DNA of 64,000 nucleotides from a virus: positions 1 to 64,000 of IMG/VR virus record IMGVR_UViG_3300031784_000013; one strand, given 5' to 3'. The position numbers and the translations under genes were made by a program. Of the stretch, positions 1 through 9,246 are shown in pieces; position 1 is the stretch's first letter, and each line of letters starts with the position of its first letter. The notes below the pieces were generated by a model that ran no database searches, was not told where the DNA came from, and worked only from the letters and a program-made list of their open reading frames with translations.

Positions 1-3000
1 ATTTAATTTTTTAACATCTCCTAATCCATATTCTATATTGCAAATATTTGTTTTTAATCTACCATCAGAAAAAAATGGTATTATTTCACCACCTGCACCA
101 ATTTCTAATCCAAATCCAACAAATGAAGAAAGATTATCTGCAAAAAATCTATTTGCCATGAATGAACAGTCATGAACATTTGTTAAACCATAACCAAATG
201 CTCCACTATAATATCCACTTACTGTGTTACCATATCCACCTAACACAGCAGAATAGTTTCCACAAGCTGTATTAAAAGCTCCACCACCAACAAATGAATA
301 GTTTACACTAGCTGTATTATTTGTACCTCCACCAACAAATGAATATCCTCCACTAGCTGTGTTACGAAAACCACCACTAACTGTTGTAGCATAATAACTA
401 GCTGTGTTACAAAAACCACCACCAACAATAGAATGTAATCCACTAGCTGTGTTACAAAAACCACCACCAACAATAGAACGTAATCCACAAGCTGTATTAC
501 CATATCCACCTAACACAGCAGAATAACATCCACTAACACTGTTACTAGCACCTCCTCCTACAAATGAATAGTTTCCAATAGCTGTATTACCTTGTCCACC
601 TAAAGCAGCACTACAATTACCAGAAGCAGTGTTTGAGACACCGCATCTTATAGTTGAATTACATCCTGTACCTGCAATCATAATACCACCACCACCAGCT
701 GTATATTGTGTTAATATACCAGATGCTCCAACACAAACCGCACATCCTGAAGTTGCCAATCCTGTTATACATGCAGTTCCTGCTCTAAGAATTGGAGTAC
801 ACATTGAAGTTGTACCACAGATTAATGGACTATTTACAGATGCGGCACCACACACAACACCACCACCACCACTAACAAGGGAAGCCTGTAAATTATTTAC
901 ATAGAACGTGCATGAGTTAGGAGCATTTATGTTACATCCAATTGCTGCCGAAAAGTTACCAGATACTGTAATACCACATCCTCCTAATACTGTTGAGCAG
1001 TTACCACATACTATATTGTTAAATCCTCCTAATGCCGATGAAGTAACACCAAGTACTGTATTTCTAGATCCACCTACTATAGACGAACATGCACCTACTG
1101 CTATATTTTGGAATCCACTACCAACAAATGACATTGAGCCTGCGTTGCAAATTGTTGGAGCTACAGTGAATGCACAAGATGCTAATGCCCATGTACCACC
1201 TGTTGTATTGTTACCAACACCACCTGCAACTACAGCACCATAAGCTAAACAACCACTTGTTGAATTGCAAACATTGTTACAGTTACCTCCTCCAATAAAT
1301 GAGTTAACTCCTTGAGCTATATTTTTACAACCACCGCCTATGAAGGCATAATTTCCACTTACAATATTACCACAACCACCACCTATAAATGAATAATTAC
1401 CACTAGCTGTGTTACTTGAACCACCGCCAATAAACGAAACATTATAACGAATGTTGTTATTTATACCACCGCCTATAAATGAACCAAATCCATTACAATT
1501 AATTGTATTACTACTACCACCAACAATAGATGAAATACCAACATCACATATTCTATTACAATTACCACCCCCTATAAAAGATATGCAAGCACTTCCTGTT
1601 GTACCAAGAATGTTGTTATCTACACCACCAACAATAGATGAACCGTCAATTGAATCAGATGCGCTACTAATACTATTACCAAACCCTCCAACTATCACAG
1701 GGTATGAAGGTTGGAATGCCACATTACTACATATTGTATTGCAAAAGCCTGTACCAATAAATGAACCTCTAGTATTACATATTTTATTATTAAAACCACC
1801 ACCAATAAACTGCTCACAACTAATACCATCTATAGTATTTTGATCTCCATTAATAATTGTTGCAAAATTTCCATCAATAATGCAGTTTCCGTAACCACCA
1901 ATTATAGTTGAGCAATTTCCGCACATATAATTCAACTGACCACCAAGAATTGATGACGTGTTAGCAATTGAAATAATATTACAATTACCACCACCAATAA
2001 TTGACACCGCACCACCATTACTATTATTATTACCACCAACAATACTTGAACGAACACCACCACTAATTGTGTTGTTATACCCTGCACCAATAAAACCTTG
2101 TGAGCCATTAACTGTATTACAATATCCACCACTAATTGTTGAATTAGCAGCAAACGCACAAATTGTATTAAAAAGACCACCACTAATTAAGCTACCATAA
2201 TCTGAACTAATTGTATTACAGTTACCACCACCAATAAATGAGAAGTCTCCAACAGCAGTATTATTACAACCACCACCTGCAAATGAATAATCTCCTGAAG
2301 ACACGTTACTAACTCCATCTCTTACAGAAGAACATGCTCCTGCACCAAGAATAATTACAGCACTAGAGCCAACGTTTATACCAGAAGACCCAGAAGTTCC
2401 ATCAGAACCAGTGGAGCCTGAAGTACCAGAAGTTCCACTGCTTCCAGAATTTCCACTAGATCCACTAGTACCACTTGTTCCTCCAGTTCCATCTGTTCCA
2501 GATGACCCAGAAGATCCTGATGTTCCAGTGGTACCAGAAGAACCACTTGTACCTGTTGTTCCTGAAGTACCTGACGTTCCTGAAGGAGCATTGAATGTGG
2601 TTTGAGAATAGGAATAATATGTATTACCCTCTGTGTAGAATATGATATCATAAGGACTGCCAGTTATATTCTGAGCAATTATCTTACAATAAACTCTATC
2701 TGTATTGCTTAAGGATATAGAAGAAAGGAACGTATCTACATAGATCTGTTGAATCAGGCCTAGGTTATATGTTAAATTTATTATGTTTGTTGTACCTAAT
2801 AGAGTACCTGTTGTGCCATCCCATTTGTAAACTTCAACATACACTTCAAAATTAGCTGCTCCATTATTTAATTGAACGTGTAAAGTCCACGCCCACTGAC
2901 CAGCAGGAATAAATGTAACACCTGGTACACCACTGTCTGATGCATATGTTTGAAGAGTTTGCGTAGCACCACCAGCAATATTTGTTGTAAATGATTGCTG

Positions 3001-4185
3001 AGCACCTCCACTAGGAGCTGGACTCCATTGTTTATATGTAGGAGTACCAAAAGCAGAACTTGTATTAATTGATTCGTTCAAGTAATAAATTTGACCACCA
3101 GAAATACCATCTTGTCCAGAAGAACCAGATGTGCCTGATGAACCAGATGTACCAGTGGTACCACTACTTCCAGAGCTACCAGAACTACCACTAGTTCCTG
3201 CTGAACCATTAGTTCCTGATGTACCACCAGTAGATGACGTACCAGAACTTCCAGAAGAACCGCTTGAACCAGATGTAGTGATTGGGAGAGCAGCTAATGA
3301 ACCATCACCTTTTATATATTGAGAAGATGTACCAATAGCTGTAATGTTGATTGTTCCAGACGTTGTTACAGGACTGTTAGCAACACTGAATGCTGGAGGC
3401 ACTGTAAGTCCTACAGAAGAAACAGTTCCTGGTGTGTAACCAAGAATTGTAGCTATATCACCAGCTGTAATAGGGCTGGCTGCTGTAACAAGTCCTTTTG
3501 CATTAACAGCAAACTTAAGAGGAGTTACAGTACCATAAACATTTGAGTTTACGTTCTGTAGAAGAAGTGTAACAGGACTACCTGTAAATCCAGAACCAAC
3601 AACATCTCCAATAAAGTTTAGTGGTTGTGGAGGAACTACTAGAGCAGTGGTGCTTAGGCTTGTTACCAAACCTTTAGCATTCACTGTTACAACAGGAATT
3701 GTAGAACCTGATCCGTATGTACCAGGAGCAGAGTTTACTGTAGCTAGCGTAAGAGCTGCTGCACCAGGACCTGATGCTGTTCCATCACCAGTGAGTGATG
3801 TAATATAATTTCCTGCTGGTTGATATGATGTTGAATCTAGTGTACCATCACCCTTTACAAACTGAGAAGCTGTCCCACCAGTGGTGATATGTTTTGCAGC
3901 CTTGAGGTTTCCTGTAAACTCAAGAGTGAAGTTACCTCCAATAGTAGTGTTCTGGATGAGAGCACCACCTAGTTGTACAGGAGAACTTATTGTTGGTTGT
4001 ATAATACCATTTGTGAAGATATAGCCAATACCAGAGTTGGTGAAGGCTTGATTAATCTTCTGAATGACAACTTGAAGGTTGTCATTTGTATTAACACCAA
4101 TGTACAGCAAATCCTCTCCTGTGTAAAATACACAGGTGGAACTAAGTAAGACTGGACAAGGATTAGGTGAACAATATTGGGTCAT
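1..4185 (-). CDS. Long tail fibre / receptor-binding protein (>=1395 aa, truncated at window edge) with Ser/Thr collagen-like segments, Gly/Cys-rich 15-aa beta-roll repeats and C-terminal peptidase S74 chaperone domain
   Basis: Absent from the ORF track because it has no stop in the window. ATG at 4185 gives MTQYCSPNPCPVLLSSTCVFYTGEDLLYIGVNTNDNLQVVIQKINQ. The same frame at positions 120-1 reads VGFGLEIGAGGEIIPFFSDGRLKTNICNIEYGLGDVKKLN (SDxRLKxNI is the S74 autocleavage motif). GSS/GTS triplet blocks at ~3120-3280 and ~2385-2585. Confidence 0.9.
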   Translation of the reverse strand, partial: MTQYCSPNPCPVLLSSTCVFYTGEDLLYIGVNTNDNLQVVIQKINQAFTNSGIGYIFTNGIIQPTISSPVQLGGALIQNTTIGGNFTLEFTGNLKAAKHITTGGTASQFVKGDGTLDSTSYQPAGNYITSLTGDGTASGPGAAALTLATVNSAPGTYGSGSTIPVVTVNAKGLVTSLSTTALVVPPQPLNFIGDVVGSGFTGSPVTLLLQNVNSNVYGTVTPLKFAVNAKGLVTAASPITAGDIATILGYTPGTVSSVGLTVPPAFSVANSPVTTSGTINITAIGTSSQYIKGDGSLAALPITTSGSSGSSGSSGTSSTGGTSGTNGSAGTSGSSGSSGSSGTTGTSGSSGTSGSSGQDGISGGQIYYLNESINTSSAFGTPTYKQWSPAPSGGAQQSFTTNIAGGATQTLQTYASDSGVPGVTFIPAGQWAWTLHVQLNNGAANFEVYVEVYKWDGTTGTLLGTTNIINLTYNLGLIQQIYVDTFLSSISLSNTDRVYCKIIAQNITGSPYDIIFYTEGNTYYSYSQTTFNAPSGTSGTSGTTGTSGSSGTTGTSGSSGSSGTDGTGGTSGTSGSSGNSGSSGTSGTSGSTGSDGTSGSSGINVGSSAVIILGAGACSSVRDGVSNVSSGDYSFAGGGCNNTAVGDFSFIGGGNCNTISSDYGSLISGGLFNTICAFAANSTISGGYCNTVNGSQGFIGAGYNNTISGGVRSSIVGGNNNSNGGAVSIIGGGNCNIISIANTSSILGGQLNYMCGNCSTIIGGYGNCIIDGNFATIINGDQNTIDGISCEQFIGGGFNNKICNTRGSFIGTGFCNTICSNVAFQPSYPVIVGGFGNSISSASDSIDGSSIVGGVDNNILGTTGSACISFIGGGNCNRICDVGISSIVGGSSNTINCNGFGSFIGGGINNNIRYNVSFIGGGSSNTASGNYSFIGGGCGNIVSGNYAFIGGGCKNIAQGVNSFIGGGNCNNVCNSTSGCLAYGAVVAGGVGNNTTGGTWALASCAFTVAPTICNAGSMSFVGSGFQNIAVGACSSIVGGSRNTVLGVTSSALGGFNNIVCGNCSTVLGGCGITVSGNFSAAIGCNINAPNSCTFYVNNLQASLVSGGGGVVCGAASVNSPLICGTTSMCTPILRAGTACITGLATSGCAVCVGASGILTQYTAGGGGIMIAGTGCNSTIRCGVSNTASGNCSAALGGQGNTAIGNYSFVGGGASNSVSGCYSAVLGGYGNTACGLRSIVGGGFCNTASGLHSIVGGGFCNTASYYATTVSGGFRNTASGGYSFVGGGTNNTASVNYSFVGGGAFNTACGNYSAVLGGYGNTVSGYYSGAFGYGLTNVHDCSFMANRFFADNLSSFVGFGLEIGAGGEIIPFFSDGRLKTNICNIEYGLGDVKKLN
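397..490 (-). repeat. Near-perfect 45-bp tandem repeat (15-aa unit GL[H/R]SIVGGGFCNTAS) within a longer degenerate repeat array (~230-620 and ~950-2330)
   Basis: actagctgtgttacaaaaaccaccaccaacaatagaa(t/c)gtaatcc occurs twice in tandem; flanking units keep the GGGxxNxAxGxxSxI pattern. Confidence 0.85.
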
Positions 4186-4230
4186 ATCACTGATGAGTTA
4201 ATTTTCTTATTTGTTTGTAGGGGGTAAAAG

Positions 4231-4262
4231 AAAAACCTAGGAATCGAAACTCCTAGGTTTTT
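4231..4262 (-). terminator. Rho-independent terminator after the cargo-protein block (possibly bidirectional)
   Basis: aaaaacctagga-atcgaaac-tcctaggttttt: 12-bp inverted repeat with A/T tracts on both sides. Confidence 0.8.
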
Positions 4263-4335
4263 TGTTCTGGTTGTAGTTGCCTGACATGTAAAGCTAACAA
4301 TTACATTTTTATTTTTCAATAGGTTATGCGTATTT

Positions 4336-7300
4336 CTATTTAGGTGTGGTCTTTGGAATGGTGATGTCAAACTCTTTTGCGAACTCTTCATCAAACATTG
4401 CAAAGTAATTAATCAAGGACTTGGACACAGGGAACATCTTTGATAGGTTCTTTATTGGTTGTGCATCTTTCTGCACATCTTCAAAAGACTTGTTTGGATC
4501 TGTAATATCAAATCCTGTCACCTCCATTGTAAAGTGCGTTGCAAATCTCTTTACATCTGTAACTACACCAATTGCTGGAATTAGGTTTCCTTCAAGAATA
4601 TTTTGGAATTCTGTAGGATTGATAAAGAATGTTAATTCACTTACAAACTTATCAACTACACGTTGTCCATATCTGTAGAAGTTCTTTTCAGCTCTGCTAT
4701 CATCATCATCTGGTCCAATCATACCCATAGAGAATGACAACGCTAATAATCCAACAGTGATTGCAAGTTCATTCAATTGATTTCGAAGATTGGTTCTTAT
4801 CAAATCAATAAACTCTTCTCTAGTCATGTTTAATGTTTGACCAGTACGTTTGAAATAATCATCAGAGAACGTCTCAAACATTCTGTCAAGTTCTAGCATT
4901 CCTTTTTCATTAAGCTGAATGATATTTAGAATGTTGTTTGACAACTGAACAGTAGAAGTTCCTATTACATAAGCAAATAATCTCAATCTACCAATGTCAT
5001 ATCTTTCTCCTTCTGTTGTACCATCTTCATTAACAGTTACAGAGAAGTCATCTGAAACTTTCTTCAAATGATCAAAACGTGTAAATGCTAGTCCTGGAAT
5101 CCAGTTCTTGAATATCATTGCAGACTTGAACCAAATGTTCATCTGTGATCTACTAACGTTTTCTGCGTTAATACCACCTGTTGCATTTGTTGATATTCTT
5201 CTAGTAAGTTTAGTTAGTCTCTCAATTTCCTCACGATTACTCAAGTCAAATCCAGGAATAGAAAGTTTTCCATCTTCTATCTTCATGGTAGAACCAACTG
5301 ACTTTTCTTTCTTCAGTTGTTCCACTTCATTCTCAATCTCTTTTTCAATCTCTTTGAATCTTGTTGCAGAAGCTGTTCTTCTTTCGTTTGCATATTTTCT
5401 TTTTACAGCATCACGAATGTTTACAAACTTTCCATTCTCAACCATCACATTATCTAAAAGAGTCATGAATACAGCCTTCTCTGTAAACTGTTCTGGACTT
5501 CTCATAAAGAACATTAAGAAATCACCAAAGTTTCTCTTAGTAAGTTCTGACATACCTGCTTTCTTGAAAGACTCATAGTTAGGATCTTCTCTAAGAGGCA
5601 TGAATGTATTCATCAATTCTACAAATATATCTTGCTCATTCTTGTTTAATTTGTTTCCAAGAATTTTATATTGCTTGCCAAGCACCTCACCTCTAGTAAA
5701 GTAGTTACCAGATTGAGCAGCTAGCTGAACATTAGTGCCAAACCAGTTTACAGCTCCAGATACAAACTCTAGACCAAGAGCCTTTAGTTGGAAATATCTA
5801 TTCATTGTCTCCATTGACTTAACAAGAGACACTGAGCTTGGTTGATCACTAACTGTGAATATTTCTTTGCCACCAAAACGTTTAGCTGTTTTATTAACAG
5901 CTTTCTTCATGTAGTCAACTACACCAGTGGATATGGTAACATCTGTATCATCTAATGGATACTTCTGATCGTAGAGAACCGCTCTCATGAACTGATCATA
6001 AATCTTAGCGTTCTCTTCATTACCCTCTTCTTTTTGAGTGACACCATCTTTTACAACAACATCTCCATTCTTAGATGTTTGTAAGTGGTATTCCTTGAAG
6101 GTTTCAATATCTTTTATGATTTGTACTTGACCTTCCACCTCAGATAGATACTTGTAATTGTTCATGTGACCTATGTACAATACCATGTTTGCAAATAGAT
6201 CCTCACTCACTTCAGAAGTATCAAAGCTTCCATCAGGAAGTCTGGTAAAGTCTGTAGTGTAATACTTTGGTATCGCGTTTTCAACTTCGTTAGTGAGGGC
6301 ATCAATACTTCCATATCCAACATCATCAGCTCTAAGAGATAGTTTGTTACCAAAGTTCATAACGGTTGACAAACTAAAATCCCAAGCCAAACTTTCTGCC
6401 ATGCTCTTTCTTACCCACGGAAGGAATGTTGACACTCCTTGATTATTAAGATATCCTACATCACTAGCCTTATCATTAATGTTGGTGATGAAGTTATATA
6501 GTTCTAGTAAGTCTGGATCTTTCTGAAGCTCTTTGTATTCTTCAGATAGCCATTTGTCTAATGGATGTCGCATTATAATATAGTTGCTCCAACCATTAAA
6601 GTCTGGTCTTGAAATATCCCACTTTTGTCTTTCTTGAAGAATCAAAGAGTCTCTCAGTTCTTCATTGTTAGCATAATCTTTATTTATTTGATTCACTCGC
6701 TTTTGAAGAAGTTCATTAGCTTCTTTAGAATATGCTTCAACATCAATGTTTTCCTTCAACCACTTTTTACTTCTGTTTTCTTCTAGAGCATTGTTTCTTA
6801 CGCCTTCTCTAAACTCAGGACTGAATTTGTAAATCAACTTATTTACAAGACCGCCCTTCTCATCTTTTCTGTAAATCTTTCTAACAAGTGCTCTTAGATC
6901 TCCACCTCTTGCAGCTAGCTTTTCTCTAATCTTCATTAATCCTTCTACTTCAACCTTAGCATCAGCAGATGCTCTCAACTTAGCATTCTCAGTGAGTTTG
7001 TATAGGATTTGTACAGATGCTAAAGGAATCTCACTAACTGTTCTGAAGAACGAACCTAGTCCCTTTACAACAGTTTCTGGATTGAGTAGGCCAGTTACAA
7101 GGTTTCTTAGTCCCATGTATTTGTCTGCAAATTCTCCAGCTATTTTGAAAACTTCTTTTCTATCTGCTCTAATCTTTCTTGATTTTTCCTGGAGATCTTT
7201 CAACAAATCTTTTCTGTCCTCTACCTCTTCTTCAGACATAGCAGATGTATCCATAGTATCACTGTAGATCAAATCTCCAATGCTATCGTCAATTCTACCA

Positions 7301-9246
7301 AATACTTTAGCAATCGCTATAAAGTCTCGTAGTTCTGAAGAGAATTCAGAAAGCTGTTTGTTTGTAAACTCATTAGATCGAGGATCTCCATTTTTGTATG
7401 TTGCGTTGTATTCACTAATAAGGTTCTCACCTTCTTTAATCATTACAAGCACCACATCAATAACAGGTTTGATGTTCATTGTTCCTTGAGCAACACGTAT
7501 TGCTTCTCTGACAATGTTCAAACGTTCTCTCTTGAACTCACGCTCCTCATCAGATGTAGCTTTTCTGTTTGATATTCTATTGAGGATTGCATTCAATTCT
7601 CCAATAAACTTATCAAGACTTTCAAATCCTGTACTTTCTGTTTTTTCTGAAATAGGGATAAGTCTTAAATCTTCAATCTTTGTTGTATCAACAGATCCAA
7701 CATTTATACCTGTTAACGTAGGCTCAGAACCCTGCACTCTTTTATCTGCTGGTTTTATCTGGAACAAGATAGGAACAGCTCTGTTCATCCCCATCTTCTT
7801 AACTCCATAGTTAGCAAGAAGCATGTCACGATATCTTCTGAGCTGTATGTTATAAGCCTCTTGCTTATACCACTGAACATCTCTCTGTCCTTCACCAACA
7901 CTCATAAACTTCCAGTCAAAGATGTTTCCTGTACCATCCTCATCAACAATTAGTAAGTCGATTGTACCAGCTTCTTCTTCACGTGGATCATAAATCTTCA
8001 CTTCAGAGAATACAAGAATATTCTTACCTCCCTTAGAGCGAGATTCAATTAAGTTTGTGTAGTAGTTCTCAAGTTTAGAATAAACTTCAGAATCCACTTT
8101 GTCTAATATATCTGGGCGAGGATCAGGAGTTGCTTTTCTTGTTCCATCCTTGTTGAAGAATCTGTCATGAATCTCTTCAAAGTATCCATGATATTTTACA
8201 CCAAGTGTACGCTTGAATTCATTGAATGCTTTTTCTTCTTTAGAAAATACAGTGTCTCCAAATCTATCTTTGTAATATCTCTTTACACGATCAGTTACAC
8301 GTTTTATAACTCTCTTCCATGTACCATCAGGTTGTTTGTATTCATAGAAGTTACTAGAATCAGAATCACCAAGTGTAAGAACATCTGTCTCAGTATCGAC
8401 AGGTCCCTTTCTTAATGATTCAGTAGTCTCAAGGATTCTTCTTTGTATTTCTTTCTGTGCCTTTGTTGGTTCTGCTAGTTGAAAGAAAACATCGCCATCA
8501 ACAATATCAGATACCTGTCCTTCTACATCACCTTCAATGATTTGTTCAGCAACTTCTTGGAATATTTCTATGTTAGAAGACTTGTACATTCCTCTTAAGA
8601 AGTCTGTAATAGCATTCCACCAACGTCTGATGAGAGATCTATTCTCTTCATTAGCAAGTTCTGGGAAACTACCATCTCCTGTGTTACCATTTATAATAAG
8701 TTCTGCAATCAACTTATCAACAGCTTCCTTCTTAATCTTTCTGATGTCTGGTTTACCGTTAGGAAGTTGATATGCTTTATTATTCTTGTACTGCTCTAGT
8801 GTTTGATTGTAAATCTTGAACCTATCAATCTTTGATATCATCTCAGTGACAAGTGTGGGATTCTTTTGCTCTATAATAGCTGTAGCAACGTGAACCATCT
8901 CTTCTGTAAGAGCTACATCTTCCTTGCCTTCAGCAACAGCAATTACACCTCTTACAAGGTCAGCAACAGCATTTACCCCAGAAACATTTACAGAAGACTT
9001 CTTTGCATATTCAGCGAGTGACTCAATGTTCACTCCCATTTTTTTCAATAGTTCTTTAACCTTCTGTAGGATTTCTGGAGAAGCTGCTGTTGATGGAGCT
9101 TCTTCTATTTGAAACATTACATCTCCATAATCACTTAATGGAACATCTCCTTCATGCTTATCCCATAGATAGAAAGCAACATCCTCTCCTCTAGCTGCAA
9201 CTAGAGATTTCCACTCGTTAAGATTTTTATTAGGACATGTAGCCAT
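4336..9246 (-). CDS. Giant virion cargo/ejection protein (1636 aa): degenerate zincin-like N-domain, PD-(D/E)xK nuclease domain, long helical C-terminal region
   Basis: EVKIY...AGTIDLLIVDEDGTGNIFDWKF...YNIQLRRY is a RecB-like nuclease motif. TEEMVH is a degenerate HExxH. It lies directly downstream of the vRNAP gene, as in crAss-like phages. Confidence 0.8.
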   Translation of the reverse strand: MATCPNKNLNEWKSLVAARGEDVAFYLWDKHEGDVPLSDYGDVMFQIEEAPSTAASPEILQKVKELLKKMGVNIESLAEYAKKSSVNVSGVNAVADLVRGVIAVAEGKEDVALTEEMVHVATAIIEQKNPTLVTEMISKIDRFKIYNQTLEQYKNNKAYQLPNGKPDIRKIKKEAVDKLIAELIINGNTGDGSFPELANEENRSLIRRWWNAITDFLRGMYKSSNIEIFQEVAEQIIEGDVEGQVSDIVDGDVFFQLAEPTKAQKEIQRRILETTESLRKGPVDTETDVLTLGDSDSSNFYEYKQPDGTWKRVIKRVTDRVKRYYKDRFGDTVFSKEEKAFNEFKRTLGVKYHGYFEEIHDRFFNKDGTRKATPDPRPDILDKVDSEVYSKLENYYTNLIESRSKGGKNILVFSEVKIYDPREEEAGTIDLLIVDEDGTGNIFDWKFMSVGEGQRDVQWYKQEAYNIQLRRYRDMLLANYGVKKMGMNRAVPILFQIKPADKRVQGSEPTLTGINVGSVDTTKIEDLRLIPISEKTESTGFESLDKFIGELNAILNRISNRKATSDEEREFKRERLNIVREAIRVAQGTMNIKPVIDVVLVMIKEGENLISEYNATYKNGDPRSNEFTNKQLSEFSSELRDFIAIAKVFGRIDDSIGDLIYSDTMDTSAMSEEEVEDRKDLLKDLQEKSRKIRADRKEVFKIAGEFADKYMGLRNLVTGLLNPETVVKGLGSFFRTVSEIPLASVQILYKLTENAKLRASADAKVEVEGLMKIREKLAARGGDLRALVRKIYRKDEKGGLVNKLIYKFSPEFREGVRNNALEENRSKKWLKENIDVEAYSKEANELLQKRVNQINKDYANNEELRDSLILQERQKWDISRPDFNGWSNYIIMRHPLDKWLSEEYKELQKDPDLLELYNFITNINDKASDVGYLNNQGVSTFLPWVRKSMAESLAWDFSLSTVMNFGNKLSLRADDVGYGSIDALTNEVENAIPKYYTTDFTRLPDGSFDTSEVSEDLFANMVLYIGHMNNYKYLSEVEGQVQIIKDIETFKEYHLQTSKNGDVVVKDGVTQKEEGNEENAKIYDQFMRAVLYDQKYPLDDTDVTISTGVVDYMKKAVNKTAKRFGGKEIFTVSDQPSSVSLVKSMETMNRYFQLKALGLEFVSGAVNWFGTNVQLAAQSGNYFTRGEVLGKQYKILGNKLNKNEQDIFVELMNTFMPLREDPNYESFKKAGMSELTKRNFGDFLMFFMRSPEQFTEKAVFMTLLDNVMVENGKFVNIRDAVKRKYANERRTASATRFKEIEKEIENEVEQLKKEKSVGSTMKIEDGKLSIPGFDLSNREEIERLTKLTRRISTNATGGINAENVSRSQMNIWFKSAMIFKNWIPGLAFTRFDHLKKVSDDFSVTVNEDGTTEGERYDIGRLRLFAYVIGTSTVQLSNNILNIIQLNEKGMLELDRMFETFSDDYFKRTGQTLNMTREEFIDLIRTNLRNQLNELAITVGLLALSFSMGMIGPDDDDSRAEKNFYRYGQRVVDKFVSELTFFINPTEFQNILEGNLIPAIGVVTDVKRFATHFTMEVTGFDITDPNKSFEDVQKDAQPIKNLSKMFPVSKSLINYFAMFDEEFAKEFDITIPKTTPK

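Noticed and set aside
230-620. CRISPR-like periodic repeats (also 43850-45050)
   Set aside because: Periods of 45 and 75 bp are in-frame protein repeats with synonymous variation; there are no unique spacers and no cas genes.
629-3546. Pro-rich plus-strand ORFs and short alternative-frame minus-strand ORFs in the track
   Set aside because: They are antisense or out-of-frame shadows of the Gly-rich tail fibre.
4188-4252. Hammerhead ribozyme (CTGATGAG ... GAAAC)
   Set aside because: No stem II or flanking stems can be formed, and the GAAAC lies in the terminator loop.
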